64,000 nt of DNA, from assembly GCA_951406725.2 (NCBI GenBank), contig OX597821.1, positions 18,724,001 through 18,788,000 of the forward strand. The letters are read 5' to 3'. The position numbers and the translations under genes were made by a program. Position 1 is the first letter of the stretch, and each line of letters opens with the position of its first letter. Shown here in pieces: positions 28,137-41,335 of this stretch. Below the pieces are notes generated by a model. That model was not told the origin of the DNA, made no database searches, and saw only the letters and a list, made by a program, of their open reading frames with translations. The stretch is from Octopus vulgaris. Taxonomy: Eukaryota.

Positions 28137-29924
28137 ATGAATATCGGTGGAATGAACGCTGCAACCACGTGCGGTAACAGCCCTGTCACCACCACCACCA
28201 CTAACAACAGCAACCACGAGACTACTACTGCTACCGCCACCACCTCCACCACCACCACCTCACCACCACCACCACCACTACCACGACCAACATAAATGAT
28301 AAAAATAAAACTCACACGAAAACTATTGACAAAAACAACAGCAACAACAAGAACAACAATAAAAATGAACTATCTAATAGTGAAGATGTTAATACAAAAA
28401 AATCAACAACACCAGTAAATTTCGCTGACACTCTTCGCCAGAAGAAGGAGAATGTAACATTTACAAATGAAGAGCTCATAGAAGCAAGAGCTCTCTTTAC
28501 AACCCGTGGACAAGATTTAGAGCTGCATACACCTCAACACATAAAGCAAGAAATAGAAAATAAGACAATTATTTATAAAATTATAAGAAAAAACAAAAAA
28601 CTAAATGAACAGATTACAAAAACGGATGTAGAAAAATGCTTAAAAAACATAATGAAAGAAAAAGGATATATAAACTGGGGTCCCCAGTTTAACACAGTAG
28701 TGGTCCGCTTCCCTAACTAGGAAGTGGCAAAAGCTCACTCTACTGAGTCTCTGGGAAATGATGAAATAATCATGGTCCCATACTATAAAAACCAGAGAGT
28801 GAGTCGACTCACTATTAAAAATGTACCTCCCGAGATTCCTAACAAATGGATAACAGGGGCAATCTGTTACCATTTAAAAAATATCAACATTTTGGAAACC
28901 GCCGTGTACCTTGGCGACATTTGGGGTGGGAAGACAATAGTGGTGACCATACAGATTGAAGGGGGCCTCTATCGAGAGCCTACCGGATAAGATCCACTTG
29001 GAAAATGGGCAATGCCTATATGTTGTAGCAGAAGGCAAAAAGCCTAGATGCTACAACTGTGTCAGTCCCGAACATTTAATTGCCAAGTGCGCTCTGTTAC
29101 AGAAAAAACAAGAAAGAACAAATCAGAAAACAAATAAAAAACCCTTGTTGCCAACACCAACACCAACACACTCAATTATGGAACAATGTCAAGAAAAACA
29201 ACAAACCAGTAAACAAACCCCAACAACATCACCAAGAAAAGAAACAGTACCAACACAATCACCGTTGACATCACAACCAATTAAGCATGTTGAATCAACA
29301 AAAAATAGACCAACACCCACACAGAGGACGACAATTAAAAAGACAGAAAACAGTGACAAGAAGACAAATTCTACCCCTAACACCACAACAACACAAACAT
29401 CGCACAAAACATCAACAATTTTTACAAGCATACATAGTAATGCAAATGCTTTGCCTTTACCTTCTACTGATACGTCGGACGACGAAAGTTCGACGGAATG
29501 GCAAATAGCCACAGGGGGTAAAAGGAAAAGATCCCAAAAATCCACCAAACAAGGAAGTAAAGCAGGGAGATATCTAACTCCGGACAACATCCCCCTAGAC
29601 AATCAAAAAAGCAATGAAACCGTAAAACCACACACACAACTAACTGCAATAGACACAGACAATAAAGAATTAATGGACTACATCACATCCAGCACGGTCA
29701 TCTGTGAAGATGACTTTAAGACAAACAATCATCCGCACACCACACCACCGAAACACATCAGAATTTTACACATAACACAAGCAAAACACCACATACTGAA
29801 AACAATATTTCCGAATGCCGTAGGCGGGTTTCAACGATACCTGTCGAAAAAACTATACAAACACCTCATCAAAAACAATACAAAAGAAGAAGAAAAAAAT
29901 GAAACTTCTAAAATGAGTAAGTGA
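28137..29924 (+). pseudogene. ORF1 (CCHC zinc knuckle) of LINE copy B, disrupted
   Basis: RCYNCVSPEHLIAKC; RLTIKNVPPEIPNKWI; Thr/Pro/Lys-rich linker; start position uncertain. Confidence 0.8.
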
Positions 29925-29981
29925 CATCCCCTCTTGCCTCTTGTCTCTCCTAATGTAGTGTGTAAAACACAATTTTCGTAA

Positions 29982-32900
29982 ATGTCAAGTATGCTTAAAT
30001 TAGGTTGTGTGAATGCGCGTGGCTTGGCATCGGCTTGGAAGCAAGGTTATCTTCTAAACGACATCAAGTCACTGAATGTGGATATAGTAGCTATCAGTGA
30101 AACCAGACTCAGTAAGCCGCGGGCCCTCGAGTCCATGTTTGGCAATCAATTTGACATTTATTTTTCTCCATGTCTGCCGAACATGGGTGGTGGAGGTACC
30201 GCGGTGCTTTTTCGAAAGAGTCTAAATGTAAAAATAAGAGCAATATCCTAGACACGGAGGGTAGGCTGGTTGTCTTGGACGTGGATGGCAGAAATGGTGT
30301 GCATTCCGTCTGATGGCAGTTTATGCACCGTCCTTAATGGGTCGGCGGATTTCTTCAGACGTCTAGAGGTTTTCCTGGGTACGTCTAGACCTTTACTGTT
30401 AGTAGGGGATTGGAACGCTACCTTGGACACGCATCTAGATTATGTGGGAAGGAATAGGAATAGAAGGGGGTGTAAGAGCCTCAAAGACCTGCTCAGACGT
30501 TTCCATTTGTATGACAGGTTCCGACTCGACCATCCGAACGTGCCAACGTGGACTTGGACAAACCGCGTCGGATCGTCGAGATCTTATCTAGATAGAATTC
30601 TATGCAGGACAGCGGATAGGGATAGTGTAGGATGTCCACAATTTAAAATAGTCAGCTACACAGATCACAAATTTGTTACGTGTACGCTCGACTTAGATAA
30701 AACACATAGGCAGGGTCCCGGTTACTGGAAACTGAACACGTCGCTGTTAGCGCGACAGGTCTACAGGAACCGGATCAGCGAGTTAATTAAGAGGGCGCTG
30801 ACGGAAGCCGTCGGTAACAACCGCTGGTGGTACGCCCTGAAAATGGCAATAAAATCGGAATCAATTAAGTTTAGCAAGGAATTAGCGATAGAACGAAATA
30901 GAGTAGAGGGAGACTTGGTTAAGAAACTAGAAGTGGCACTTACCACTGGCAGCGCAACCAACGTGCTGGCTGCGAGGATGGCCCTCGACCAACACCTCAA
31001 CGCCAAGCACGAATGTTGCGTCGTCAGAGCTAAAATGCGTGCCTTAAGGAACGAAGGGATCGAAGCTGCGCGAGAGGCCCGGGTAGCGGAGGCGCAGCGT
31101 GGCAACAGAGCCACCATTCGGTCTCTAATAGATCAACAGGGATGCAGTTTACTCGAAGCCGAAAGGATGTGTGAGGCCTTTCAACAGCACTTTGCTCGAC
31201 TGTTTGGTGCGAGTGGTGGGTCGGAACGCGGGATGGATTTCAGTGCCTACCTGACCGACCTGCCGTGGCTTTCGGCAGGAGAAGCGGTGTGTTGTGAAAG
31301 TCCCATCACAGCCGCTGACGTGTGGGATGCGATGGCGGGCTGCGCGAGGGATAAGTCGCCTGGTTTGGATGGTTTACCCTACGAGCTGTATTGTCGAATG
31401 CCAGACTTGTTTGGCGACCTCTTGGCATCAGTCTACTGCATCTGGCAACAAAACAGGAGAATCCCCGGTTTCGTGAGCCGAGTTGTAGTAACGTTGCTGA
31501 AGAAAGACCCAAACAAGGGGAAATTTTATAGATAATTTCAGGCCCATCACTCTGCTCAACGCAGATTTGAAAATTTTGGCCAAAGTAATAGCCGAGAGGT
31601 TGGCGCTTGTCATTGGTAAACTGGTCGACAGGGCGCAAACATGCGCCGTGCCGGGCAGAACCATACATGACAACCTCCATCTGATGCACTACATTGTGGA
31701 CAGGGTAGTTAAAGATCCTGGCATGGGTGGGACGCTGATAAATTTGGATCAGTCTAAAGCCTTCGATAGGGTCGACCATCGGTACTTGGCTGTCCTCAGG
31801 GCGGCTGGCTTCGGTCCCGTCTTCCGCGGTTGGATCGCTGCCTTGTATAGCGGCATCCGATCGGTGATTTGGGCGAACGGTCACCTGTCGAAACCGTTTG
31901 ACATCACGCGTTCGGTCCGTCAGGGGTGTCCCCTGTCGGCGCCTCTGTATGTATTGACTCTCGAGCCGCTACTGCGGAAGCTGGCGACACTGAGGGGCAT
32001 CCCACGGGAACTGGGTTGCGGGACGAGCGTGTCGGCATATGCGGACGATGTCACCGTCATAGTGTCGAGCGACAAACACATCAAGATGATTGTCGAGACA
32101 CTAAGAAAATACGAAACGGTGACGGGAGCAAAGATTAACCCGGAAAAGTCAGTGGGTTTGCTACTCGGCACCTGGAGAAACAAGCCCATGCCGTCCGACT
32201 GCGGCTCAGTAGTGGAACGCTGGACGGACGGACCGGTTAAATTGCTCGGGGTCTGGTTCAGTCCGGACCTCCAAATGGATAATAACTGGGACCAGATCAC
32301 GAGTAGAGTGGTCGCTCTCAGCCAAACATGGGCCGAGAGAAAGCTGTCTCTAAAAGGCCGGACGGAGGTGGCGAACGCGTACATCGCATCCGTCATCGAT
32401 TACCGCCTGACCGTCGTACCTTGTCCCGACGCCACCATCACCAAACTGGAGCGCATACTCTTCCGCTTCCTGTGGAAGGGTGGCGTTCCGATTGTGAGGA
32501 AGTCCATTTGCTGTCAACATCCGTTGAATGGAGGACTGGGCATGTCGTGGTTGATGATGCGCAGGCATGCGCTGAGACTGCGACATCTCTGGAAATTCAT
32601 TGACGACGGTGAACAGGTGTGGGCGCCGTTTGTGAGGCGCGACTTCCCGCAGCTCGTCTCACTGACCGAACTGCAAACGTGGATCAAAAAGAGACCGAAA
32701 CTGGGCGATTGGCACCGAGAGTGTCGCCAAGCTCTACAGCAGCTCTGCCGACCGGGGTCAAACTTGTGCAACTTACAAACGACTAAAGCGTTCTATAGAG
32801 GACTAGTGGAGGGGAGGTCCGACGACACACTCGGGGCAAACCTGGGCGTCGACGAAGAATTCCTAACCCGCCTGTTCAGGACGACGTTCGGGCCGAGGCC

Positions 32901-33426
32901 TATGGATAACTTCCAGAAATCCCTGGCTTGGCAGTGCTATCGAGACGCACTACCTGTTCGAGAGAAGAGCCACAGACACGGTTCGAAAACCATCACCGGA
33001 CCGACCTGCCCGAGATGCGGTCAGAGCGACGAAACCGTTCTGCACGCACTCGTGCAGTGTCCAGATATTTCAGAGCTGTGGTCCTTCGTCGAACAGCTGT
33101 TGTCACGTGTAGGTCAGGCTCGCCTATCGGCCGAGTCTACCGTGAATATTGTTCCACCACCTTCCTTTAAACGGGAAAGGAAAACGGTTTTCGTTACGCT
33201 GATGGCTATGGCGAAAGAATGTGTGTGGTGGACGCGTTTGAAAGGACTGCAAACAAACACCTTCCTCTCTGGTCAGTCTCTCGTCAACTTTTTCAAGTAC
33301 CACTTGAAAAGGAGGATGAGAATAGAGAGGAAGGCTTTGTCGAACGGATGTTTTAATAAAAAGTGGGTAAAAGTGGCAAAAATGGTCAGTATGAAAGACG
33401 ACACTATTTTAAGCATAAATCTGTAA
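29982..33426 (+). pseudogene. ORF2 (APE-RT-Zn) of LINE copy B, frameshifts near 30250-30330 and 31530
   Basis: GCVNARGL, ISETRL, VGDWNA, YTDHK, KSPGLDGLPYE, FRPITLLN, DQSKAFDRVDH, VRQGCPLS, YADD, CPRCGQSDETVLHALVQC. Confidence 0.95.
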
Positions 33427-33727
33427 CCAAAAGAGACAAGGAGAAGTAAGGCGACTTACTCATGTGTTCTTTTTCGAATTGTCTGAAGTGACCTTGGTCT
33501 TTTTTGTAGGTTTTTCTTTCCAAGGCTACACCTAAACTGTGAACCTTATATATATATATATATTGCCTTTTTATACACCACACAACCCACAGATCCCAAT
33601 TGATCAAACGTGTTTTTTTTTGTTTTTTTTTTGTGCCCCACCCATCCCACCTCGAAAAGAAAAAATTCTACATTGTATTTCGTCCATTTTTATTCTGTGT
33701 TTAGCCCTGTGTGGCTACAATAAAAAG

Positions 33728-33802
<75 letters not shown>

Positions 33803-33823
33803 CCTACCTACCTGCCTACGTAC

Positions 33824-33896
<73 letters not shown>

Positions 33897-33900
<4 letters not shown>

Positions 33901-34184
33901 CCTTTCTTTCCCCTTTTTTCTTCTTTTTTCATTTCTCTTTTCTTTTGTTCCTTTTCCTTTTCTTTTTTTTATTTTTATATTTTTTATTTTTTATTTTATT
34001 TATTTATTTTATTTATTTTTTTTTGTTCTTTTCTTCCCTTTTACGATCCCACTTGATCGAAAACCTACGCCACCCACTTTTTTTGTTTCTTTTGTTTTTT
34101 GTTTTTTTCATCCCCCAAAAGAAAAGCTCTACCTTGTAACTTGTCCCATCTGTGTGCAGCCCTGTGTGGCCAATAAAGAAACTT
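33897..34184 (+). mobile_element. 3'-UTR-only fragment of the same Tx1-like subfamily as 27157-27446
   Basis: Near-identical sequence; follows the (ATCT)n tail of copy B and is followed by (ATGT)n. Confidence 0.85.
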
Positions 34185-36117
34185 ATGTATGTATGTATGT
34201 ATGTATGTATGTATGTATGTATCTATCTATATATCTTTATGTCTATCTAATTGTATGTGTGTGTGTGTGTGTGTGCATGCTTGTGCGTATGTGTGTGCGT
34301 ATGCGTGTGAGTGCTTGTGCGTGACTGCGTGTGAGTGCTTGTGCGTGACTGCGTGTGTATGAATATATATATATATATATATTTTTTTTCTTTGAATGCT
34401 AACTCCATATTGAGTATTTCGAGATGGATTTTTGTCCTCTTGAGAGATTATCATCAGTTTGGGAATAGCAGAGTCTAGTTGGGAAACATTTGCCTATTCA
34501 GGGTAGTTTTACATTCAACTTCTGTAATTCCTTGTAAGAAAGAGATTCTGTCTTTTTACACCTCATAATAAGATATAGAAGAATTAGAACTGTATTAATT
34601 TGCTTGATGATTAATATAGTTCTCTCAACATACGGCTCTGTTGGGGAAGGACATGCTACGCGGTAAGGTCACGCATATTTTCTTAAATAGTATAACAAAA
34701 ATCATCACTTTCCGTCTACTCTTTCCGTCTATAGATTTGTGTTGCAAGTCTAAATAATTTATAATTCTATATTTATCGAGTTCTTGTGTTGGAAAATACA
34801 CCACTATGATTAATAAGATGTAACATTGGAATATATTAGTGTATAGTTAGAGAGTATGTAAGGCCGGTTGAATGGCAGAAGACATTAGAGCGTAATTATT
34901 TCGGCTTTTTATATTCTGACTCCAAATCTCGTTAACTTGGCATTTCTAATCTTTCCGCGGTTGATAAATTTGAGAACCTTGATTTTCAGTGAAGTGTTAG
35001 TGCTCATGTTACCTCTCTCGGAATTTCAGACCTTAGGTCCATGATAGAATAAACTATTAAGGATTATATTTATGTTTGTATGTATTTATTTATGTATGTA
35101 TGAATGACTGCAATCACATACTTCTGCCCCTATACATATAAAACAACGAGTTTGGAGTAGAAATAACTCAGAATGTTTAGTGGTACTTGATAAAGAAAGG
35201 TGTACTAAATACGATTCAAAATAAATTATTTTACTTAACGGTATGTTAATAGTCGAAATATGCTATTTGTTTGAGTTTATCTTCCCTTCTCGTTTAAAGT
35301 CGGTTGTAATTATCGCTAGGCGCCTGTTTACATTTCTCTCAAAGTGAAGATAATTTCAGTAAATTAATAAGTAATTAATTTACTGTGAACCAACCTCCCT
35401 GCTAATATCTATAGTAAAGAACCTCGTATTCTTTAGTTTCCAGAGCCAGCTTGTGGGCCGGTGTGTGTCATGTCATCTCTGCCAATCTCTCTGCTCGATG
35501 ATCTGTCTTAAAGAACAAATACGTTTTCATATGTCCTATTGCGGGTGATCATGCTCAAGCTTTTCACTAATGTCCTTAAAGAAATCACAGAAATAGGCCA
35601 TCCTGCTCTTCAGAGTTTTCTTGATAAATCCATTGGGTAAAGAGGCAATGTCTTTTGTAACATACTTCGTCCAAATCTTCACATCTTCGTTGAGCAGAAT
35701 CATGAAGAACTCGTGATCTACGCCATCTTATTAAGTATGGGTTGGTAGTGTTTTCGTTTGTCAAATTGAGACTTCCTGAGTTTATAAATATGTGTGTTTA
35801 ATTGTCATTTTTTTCTGTTTATCTTTCAAAAGTTTTAGGACTCGGTTGGCTGTATTCGTTACCACCATTTTTGTGTCGTGCATCTCCTCTTGCTATTTCC
35901 GTGGTGATCTTGAACACTAAATAAACATATCAAAATCTACGTTTGCGAAAACGTGTAGCCATATCTATGAACAAACCTTCTTCTCTATTTCAGAGCAAAT
36001 GAAATGGACGTTCAAATACATCGAAGGGGATAGTTTTCTTGTCTCAAATAGAGTTTTCATCAAGTAATCTTAGTAATCTTAGCGGAGATCCATGAAACAA
36101 GACTTTTCACAACAAAA

Positions 36118-36344
36118 CTCCTCCTCTGCTCCCCCTCCTCCCCCTCCTCCTCCGCTCCTCCTCCGCTCCTCTTCTTCTTCCTCTTCCTCCTCCTCCGTCC
36201 CTCTTCCTCCTCCTCCGTCCCTCTTCCTCCTCCTCCGTTCCTCCTCCTCCGTTCCTCTTCCTCCTCCCCCGCTCCTCCTCCTCCTCCCCCGCTCATCCTC
36301 CTCCTCCCCCGCTCATCCTCCTCCTCCTCCTCCTCCTCCTCCTC

Positions 36345-36388
<44 letters not shown>

Positions 36389-36446
36389 GCTACTACTACT
36401 ATTACTACTACTACTATTACTACTACTATTACTACTACTACTACTG
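36118..36446. repeat. (CCT)n-rich / (ACT)n low-complexity tract
   Basis: Direct. Confidence 0.9.
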
Positions 36447-37106
36447 ACATTGTTGACGATGGTACATGTGGTTTTGTGTGTGTTGACCTACTCGACTATT
36501 TGTTTTCGTAATTCAAAAGTTAAATACAAAAGTTAAACGAGCTGTGAGAAAAATGTTAAGTTAGCCTAAATAAGAGAGAAAGACAGAGAGAGAGAGAGAG
36601 AAAGACAAATAGAAAGAGAGAGAAAGAAAGAGAGAGAGAAAAACAGAAGGCGGGAATAGAAACAGGTGCGTGTGTCTGTTTAACAGTGTACGCGCTCCAT
36701 GTGGTACATCCACCCACGGTAAACTACTCATTTATCATAGAAGCTGTTTATAAATAATTCAAACAAATTAAATTAGCGCTACGACAACGCGTGTGTGAAC
36801 ACTGAACGGAAATTGAAAATTTTCGAATGAACAAAACCAAGCAGTTTTATATGATTTCTCTGTGATTAGCGGATTCACACTATGTGTTGCAGTTCGTCAA
36901 AAAATTGCTCAGTAATCTTAGTGGAATAATATTATTTATTCACAGTTAAAGCTGTGTATGACGCTGCTCAGTTTCTCGTTTTAAGTTAATTTCTTTGCCA
37001 TCACACCAAGGCACCATCAGGTATTTCCGCCTCAGAAAACCCAACTGTAGACTACTATATATTAACAAATTCCTAAGTACCCACCCTCTATAATCAAGAA
37101 CCTAAT

Positions 37107-38732
37107 TGGGACTCATTTCTCAGATGGGGTTCATTTCTCAAGGTTTTGTGAAAGTAATCGGTTGTGCAGGGTCCGAGAACACCTGAGATTCCAACGGAGA
37201 CCGACACAAACTGATAACGGTCGGTCAGGTCTCTCTATTTAGCATTGTTTATTAACGTGAGAACTGTTTCGACAGCATATCTGTCTTCCTGGGGTTCAAA
37301 ATGAAAAACGCAAAATGAAAAATACACAGAAGTGCAGAAATTCAAAATTTCGACTGAAACATCTTGCGTTCTTTTCCAAAATCTGCCATCAAGTTTCGCA
37401 CGTTCATAACTGGGAACAAGGGTAAAGATAAACCGAAAAAAATGAGAAAAAGAAGGAAAGAATAATAACCGTAGTCAAAAAGTTTTACATAAATCTTTAT
37501 ATATAAAAGTGAAGTTGTGTGTCTGTCTCCTACGATTTAGATTCCTAACTACTCCCACATTTTGCGGTGCAGTTTAACCAAAAGCGGGTATCTTATAGTC
37601 GTGATTCATATCGAGCCCTTTTGGGTATTAGCGCGCGTCTACGATGAGTCTACGATTAAAAAAAATTACCATAATTTTTTTCCATTTTAATGCATTTTTT
37701 CGCTATTATATAAGGGAAGTAACTCTCTAAACATGTCTACGATGAGTCAACGATTAAAAAAAAAATTTACCATCATTTTTTTCCATTTTTAATGCATTTT
37801 TTTGCTATTTTTTGGCTATAACTCTCTAAAAATGCTTATATAGTTATTTCCCTTACAAACCCGAGCAACGCCGGGCGATACTGCTAGTCTGATATAATTC
37901 TCCATCATTTTATTCATTAAACTCGGACGTGACGTTAGTAACTCACAAATATATTTATCCTTATGTCATGCGAGGACTGAAAGTGCAGCGAGGTCGTGAT
38001 ATTTTCTGAGAATATGCATTATCAGGTCTTTGCCAAATTTACAAATGTTTGCTGTAAAATGGTTGCCAACTTTCGTTGTAGTAGTGTTATTGTGTCTGAG
38101 GTATGCCTATTAAATTAAAAAAAACATTCTGTTGTGTAACCAACATAAATCGTGTTCAGTGCATTCAGTTGTCTGCCCTATATGGGATTAGTTGCAGGTT
38201 CCATATTCAGTGTAAACCATAAAATATCTGTTATAATTTGTGATAGACCTGACTCATACTGTTGCCCTAATTTATACTGTTGCAATGAACGTTGTTTACC
38301 TATCTTGCGATTCTTTTTAGGGCTACACCGTTCAGAAACTCCAATACAGTTTTGATTACAATTAGAGGTACTAGTTAATAGTTTTCTTATACTTGTGTTA
38401 GGTTTAAAGGGTACAATAGGACGAGAAAATATTTATTTGAAAGAAGGGTATTTTTCCGGAATATTTTGGCAATTTTCATGCAATGCTTTTGAAATACAAA
38501 CAAAATTTTGAATTTCTGCACTTCTGTGTATTTTTCATTTTTCATATTGAACCCCGGGAAGACAGACATGCTGTCGAAATAGTGCTCACTTAAATATTAA
38601 ATAGAGTGGCCTGACCGACCGTTATCAGTTTGTATCGGTCTCCGTTGGAACCTTAGGTATTCTCGGACTCTGCACAACCGATTTCTTTCGCAAAATCTTG
38701 AGAAATGAGCTCCATCTGAGAAATGAGCCCCA
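37107..38732. repeat. ~235-bp inverted repeat pair (37107-37350 / 38503-38732)
   Basis: ctcatttctcagatgg...gtgcagaaattcaaaattt recurs as reverse complement with scattered mismatches. Confidence 0.85.
37494..37887 (+). mobile_element. Non-autonomous Helitron (394 bp)
   Basis: A|TCtttatatataaaag start; cccgagcaacgccggg hairpin; CTAG|T end. Confidence 0.92.
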
Positions 38733-39084
38733 TGAAATGGAGTGACTGTGCAGCGAGTGTCACTGGCCATTCTCTGCGACAACGTCGTCGCGGTCATGAC
38801 TGCGTGGCGCCTCTGAGCACACTGTTTGTTCTGCGGGTGTGTGATCCTTTTCCCCCTCTGCTCCATCTTCTGCTGCTTAATCTCCACCATCACCATTTTT
38901 TTCTGTTTCTTTGTTTCTTCTGTTTCTTTGGTCATAATTTTAAATTTGACTGCTATAATTAGGCGTGCAAATTTAGCTTTCAGCATTAATTTTTGCTGTG
39001 CCGTTTGTAATTTCATTTAGTCGCAATACACTATAAGTGCTTGACGTAATGGTGCACAAAATCCCTTAAATCATTTGCATGTTT

Positions 39085-39400
39085 TCAATAATCCCCTATT
39101 TTGGTATAAATCCGTTTTATTCTCAACACTGTGAACATTGGATTTGACTTAATTCTATGTGTGGATGATCGTAGCGGCAGTGAAAAAAATGTGAGCTGGC
39201 ATGTGTTTTCAAAATAACTCTGTGTATGCTGCCTTCTAAAATCAACTTTTATGTCCAAAAAATTGACGTTAGCCTTTGAAAGGCTCGACAAAATACAAAC
39301 ATTGAAGTTGACTAATTTGTGTTCCTTCCAAGACCAAAAAGGCGTCATCAATGAACCAGAGTGTTGATTTACGACCGTGCACTGATGGTAAAGACGAGAC
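39085..39400 (-). pseudogene. Penelope-like reverse transcriptase fragment, highly decayed
   Basis: Minus-strand WFIDDAFLVLEG, VNFLDIKV and LRIKRI resemble the PLE catalytic (YIDD-type) and thumb motifs. Confidence 0.55.
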
Positions 39401-39982
39401 ATTTAGTGTTTCACTCGTCAAGATCATTTCATGTTAAGTTCATTAATTAGTCTGCATAATCTGTCAGTTGTCTGATTGAAGAGAGAAAACACTGATAAAT
39501 GTTGATAAATCTGCGTCCTATTCCACATATTCTATAGTACGAAGATTTATCAATGATTTGCCTCCTACATTAATGAATTCAACTTATAAAATAATCTTAT
39601 CAATTGATTCACTAAAACTGTCATTTTCACTTTTTTTAATTTTTAACTTTCAGCGGAAGTTCTTCCTTTCTGTAATAACATAAACACCTCCCACTAAATC
39701 ATGTAATGCTGTTTATAGATGAATTCATACAAATTATACTCCAATTATTTTTTATCCTTTTGGTTATAATTAAATGATACTGAATCAGTCGTTATATTAT
39801 GAATGTTATATAATCGCTGCAACATAATCGTGGTTCTAATCCACGTTTACCAACTTGTAAAGTGATTTATTACCCATATGGTGTTTAAACAGTTGAAAAT
39901 ACCTATAACTTCATTCTTCACTTGTGAGCCTTGTGAGATAATTTGGTTGACAGAAACTGAAATAAGTCTGTCGTATATATCT

Positions 39983-40043
<61 letters not shown>

Positions 40044-40581
40044 TAATAACTATTTGTTTGTTATTCACCTTATCTGGAGCCTGCAATTCGCGTGGATCTG
40101 GAGTTTGTTGAATGCAGTACAATTGGTGCAGTGTTTGTACCAATGTGCAGCCTTTGTGCAACCTTGAGACTCATTGCATATTCAGTCACCCATTTGTGAT
40201 TGTACACACAACCAGAGTATAAACCCGTGTTTAATTTAGTAATTACGTATTTGTTCTTCAAATATTGTTTGTACACGATAGCGATATCACTGACTCAAAC
40301 TTGGTGCTTTACTAATTAAGGATACGCTTGAATCTTGAATTTTATACACACACACACGCACGCACGCATACACACACAAACACACACACACGCACAAACA
40401 CACTCACTGAATGCTGTTGTCTATTGTCTTTCAAGTGATTTTTACAAAGACACGTACTTAAATACACACTCCTTCACATGCATTCATCTTCTGCACTCAA
40501 ATGTTCATACATACTAACACATACATGCACGCACCCAGGAACACACAGCACACACACAACAAACACACAACACACACACAA

Positions 40582-40642
<61 letters not shown>

Positions 40643-40646
40643 ACAC

Positions 40647-41003
40647 GTTCCGGGTTCAGTCCCACTGCGTTGCACCTTGCGCAAGTGTCTTCAACTATAG
40701 CCTCGAGTCCACCAAAGCCTTGTGAGTGGATATGGTAGACGGAAACTGAAAGAAGCTCGTCGTATATATATATATTTGTGTGTCTGTGCATATGTTTTCC
40801 CCGCACCATCGCTTAACAACCGATGTTGGTGTGTTTATGTCCCCGTAACTTAACAGTTCGGCAAGAGATACCGACAGAATAAGTACTAGGCTTACAAAGA
40901 ATAACTCCTGCGGGCGATTTGTTCGACTAAAACCTCTTAATGAGGTGCTCCAGCATGGCTGCAGTCATGACCAAAACAAATTAAAGAACAAAAGAATAAA
41001 AGA
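40647..41003 (+). mobile_element. SINE family A
   Basis: gttccgggttcagtcccactgcg through to the aaaagaataaaagaat tail. Confidence 0.88.
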
Positions 41004-41335
41004 ATATTTATACATACATATATGTGTGTGTAAGTGTGTGTAAGCGTGTGTGCGTAGTTATTCATGTATGAGTGTCTGTATTTATCCTCCTCAACCGTTT
41101 GACAACCAGTGTTGGTGTGTTTATGTCCCTTTTACTAAGTAGGGTATCCCAGCGTGAGTGCAGTCCTATGACTGAAACCAGTAAAAGACACACACACGCA
41201 CACACACACAGACACACACACACGCACACACACACGCACACACACATATATGTATATGTACATATATATATATACACACACATACATACATGCATACATA
41301 CATACACCCCTACCACACACATATATATGTATGTA

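Larger units (their letters stand above)
27831..33729 (+). mobile_element. Tx1/L1-clade LINE copy B, probably near full length (~5.9 kb), few disruptions
   Basis: 5' UTR begins directly after (ATCT)n; ORF1 ~28137-29924; ORF2 29982-33426; 3' end gccctgtgtggctacaataaaaagtt followed by (ATCT)n. Confidence 0.95.

Noticed and set aside
38597-39016. 139-aa minus-strand ORF
   Set aside because: Overlaps an inverted-repeat arm and low-complexity sequence; no recognisable domain.
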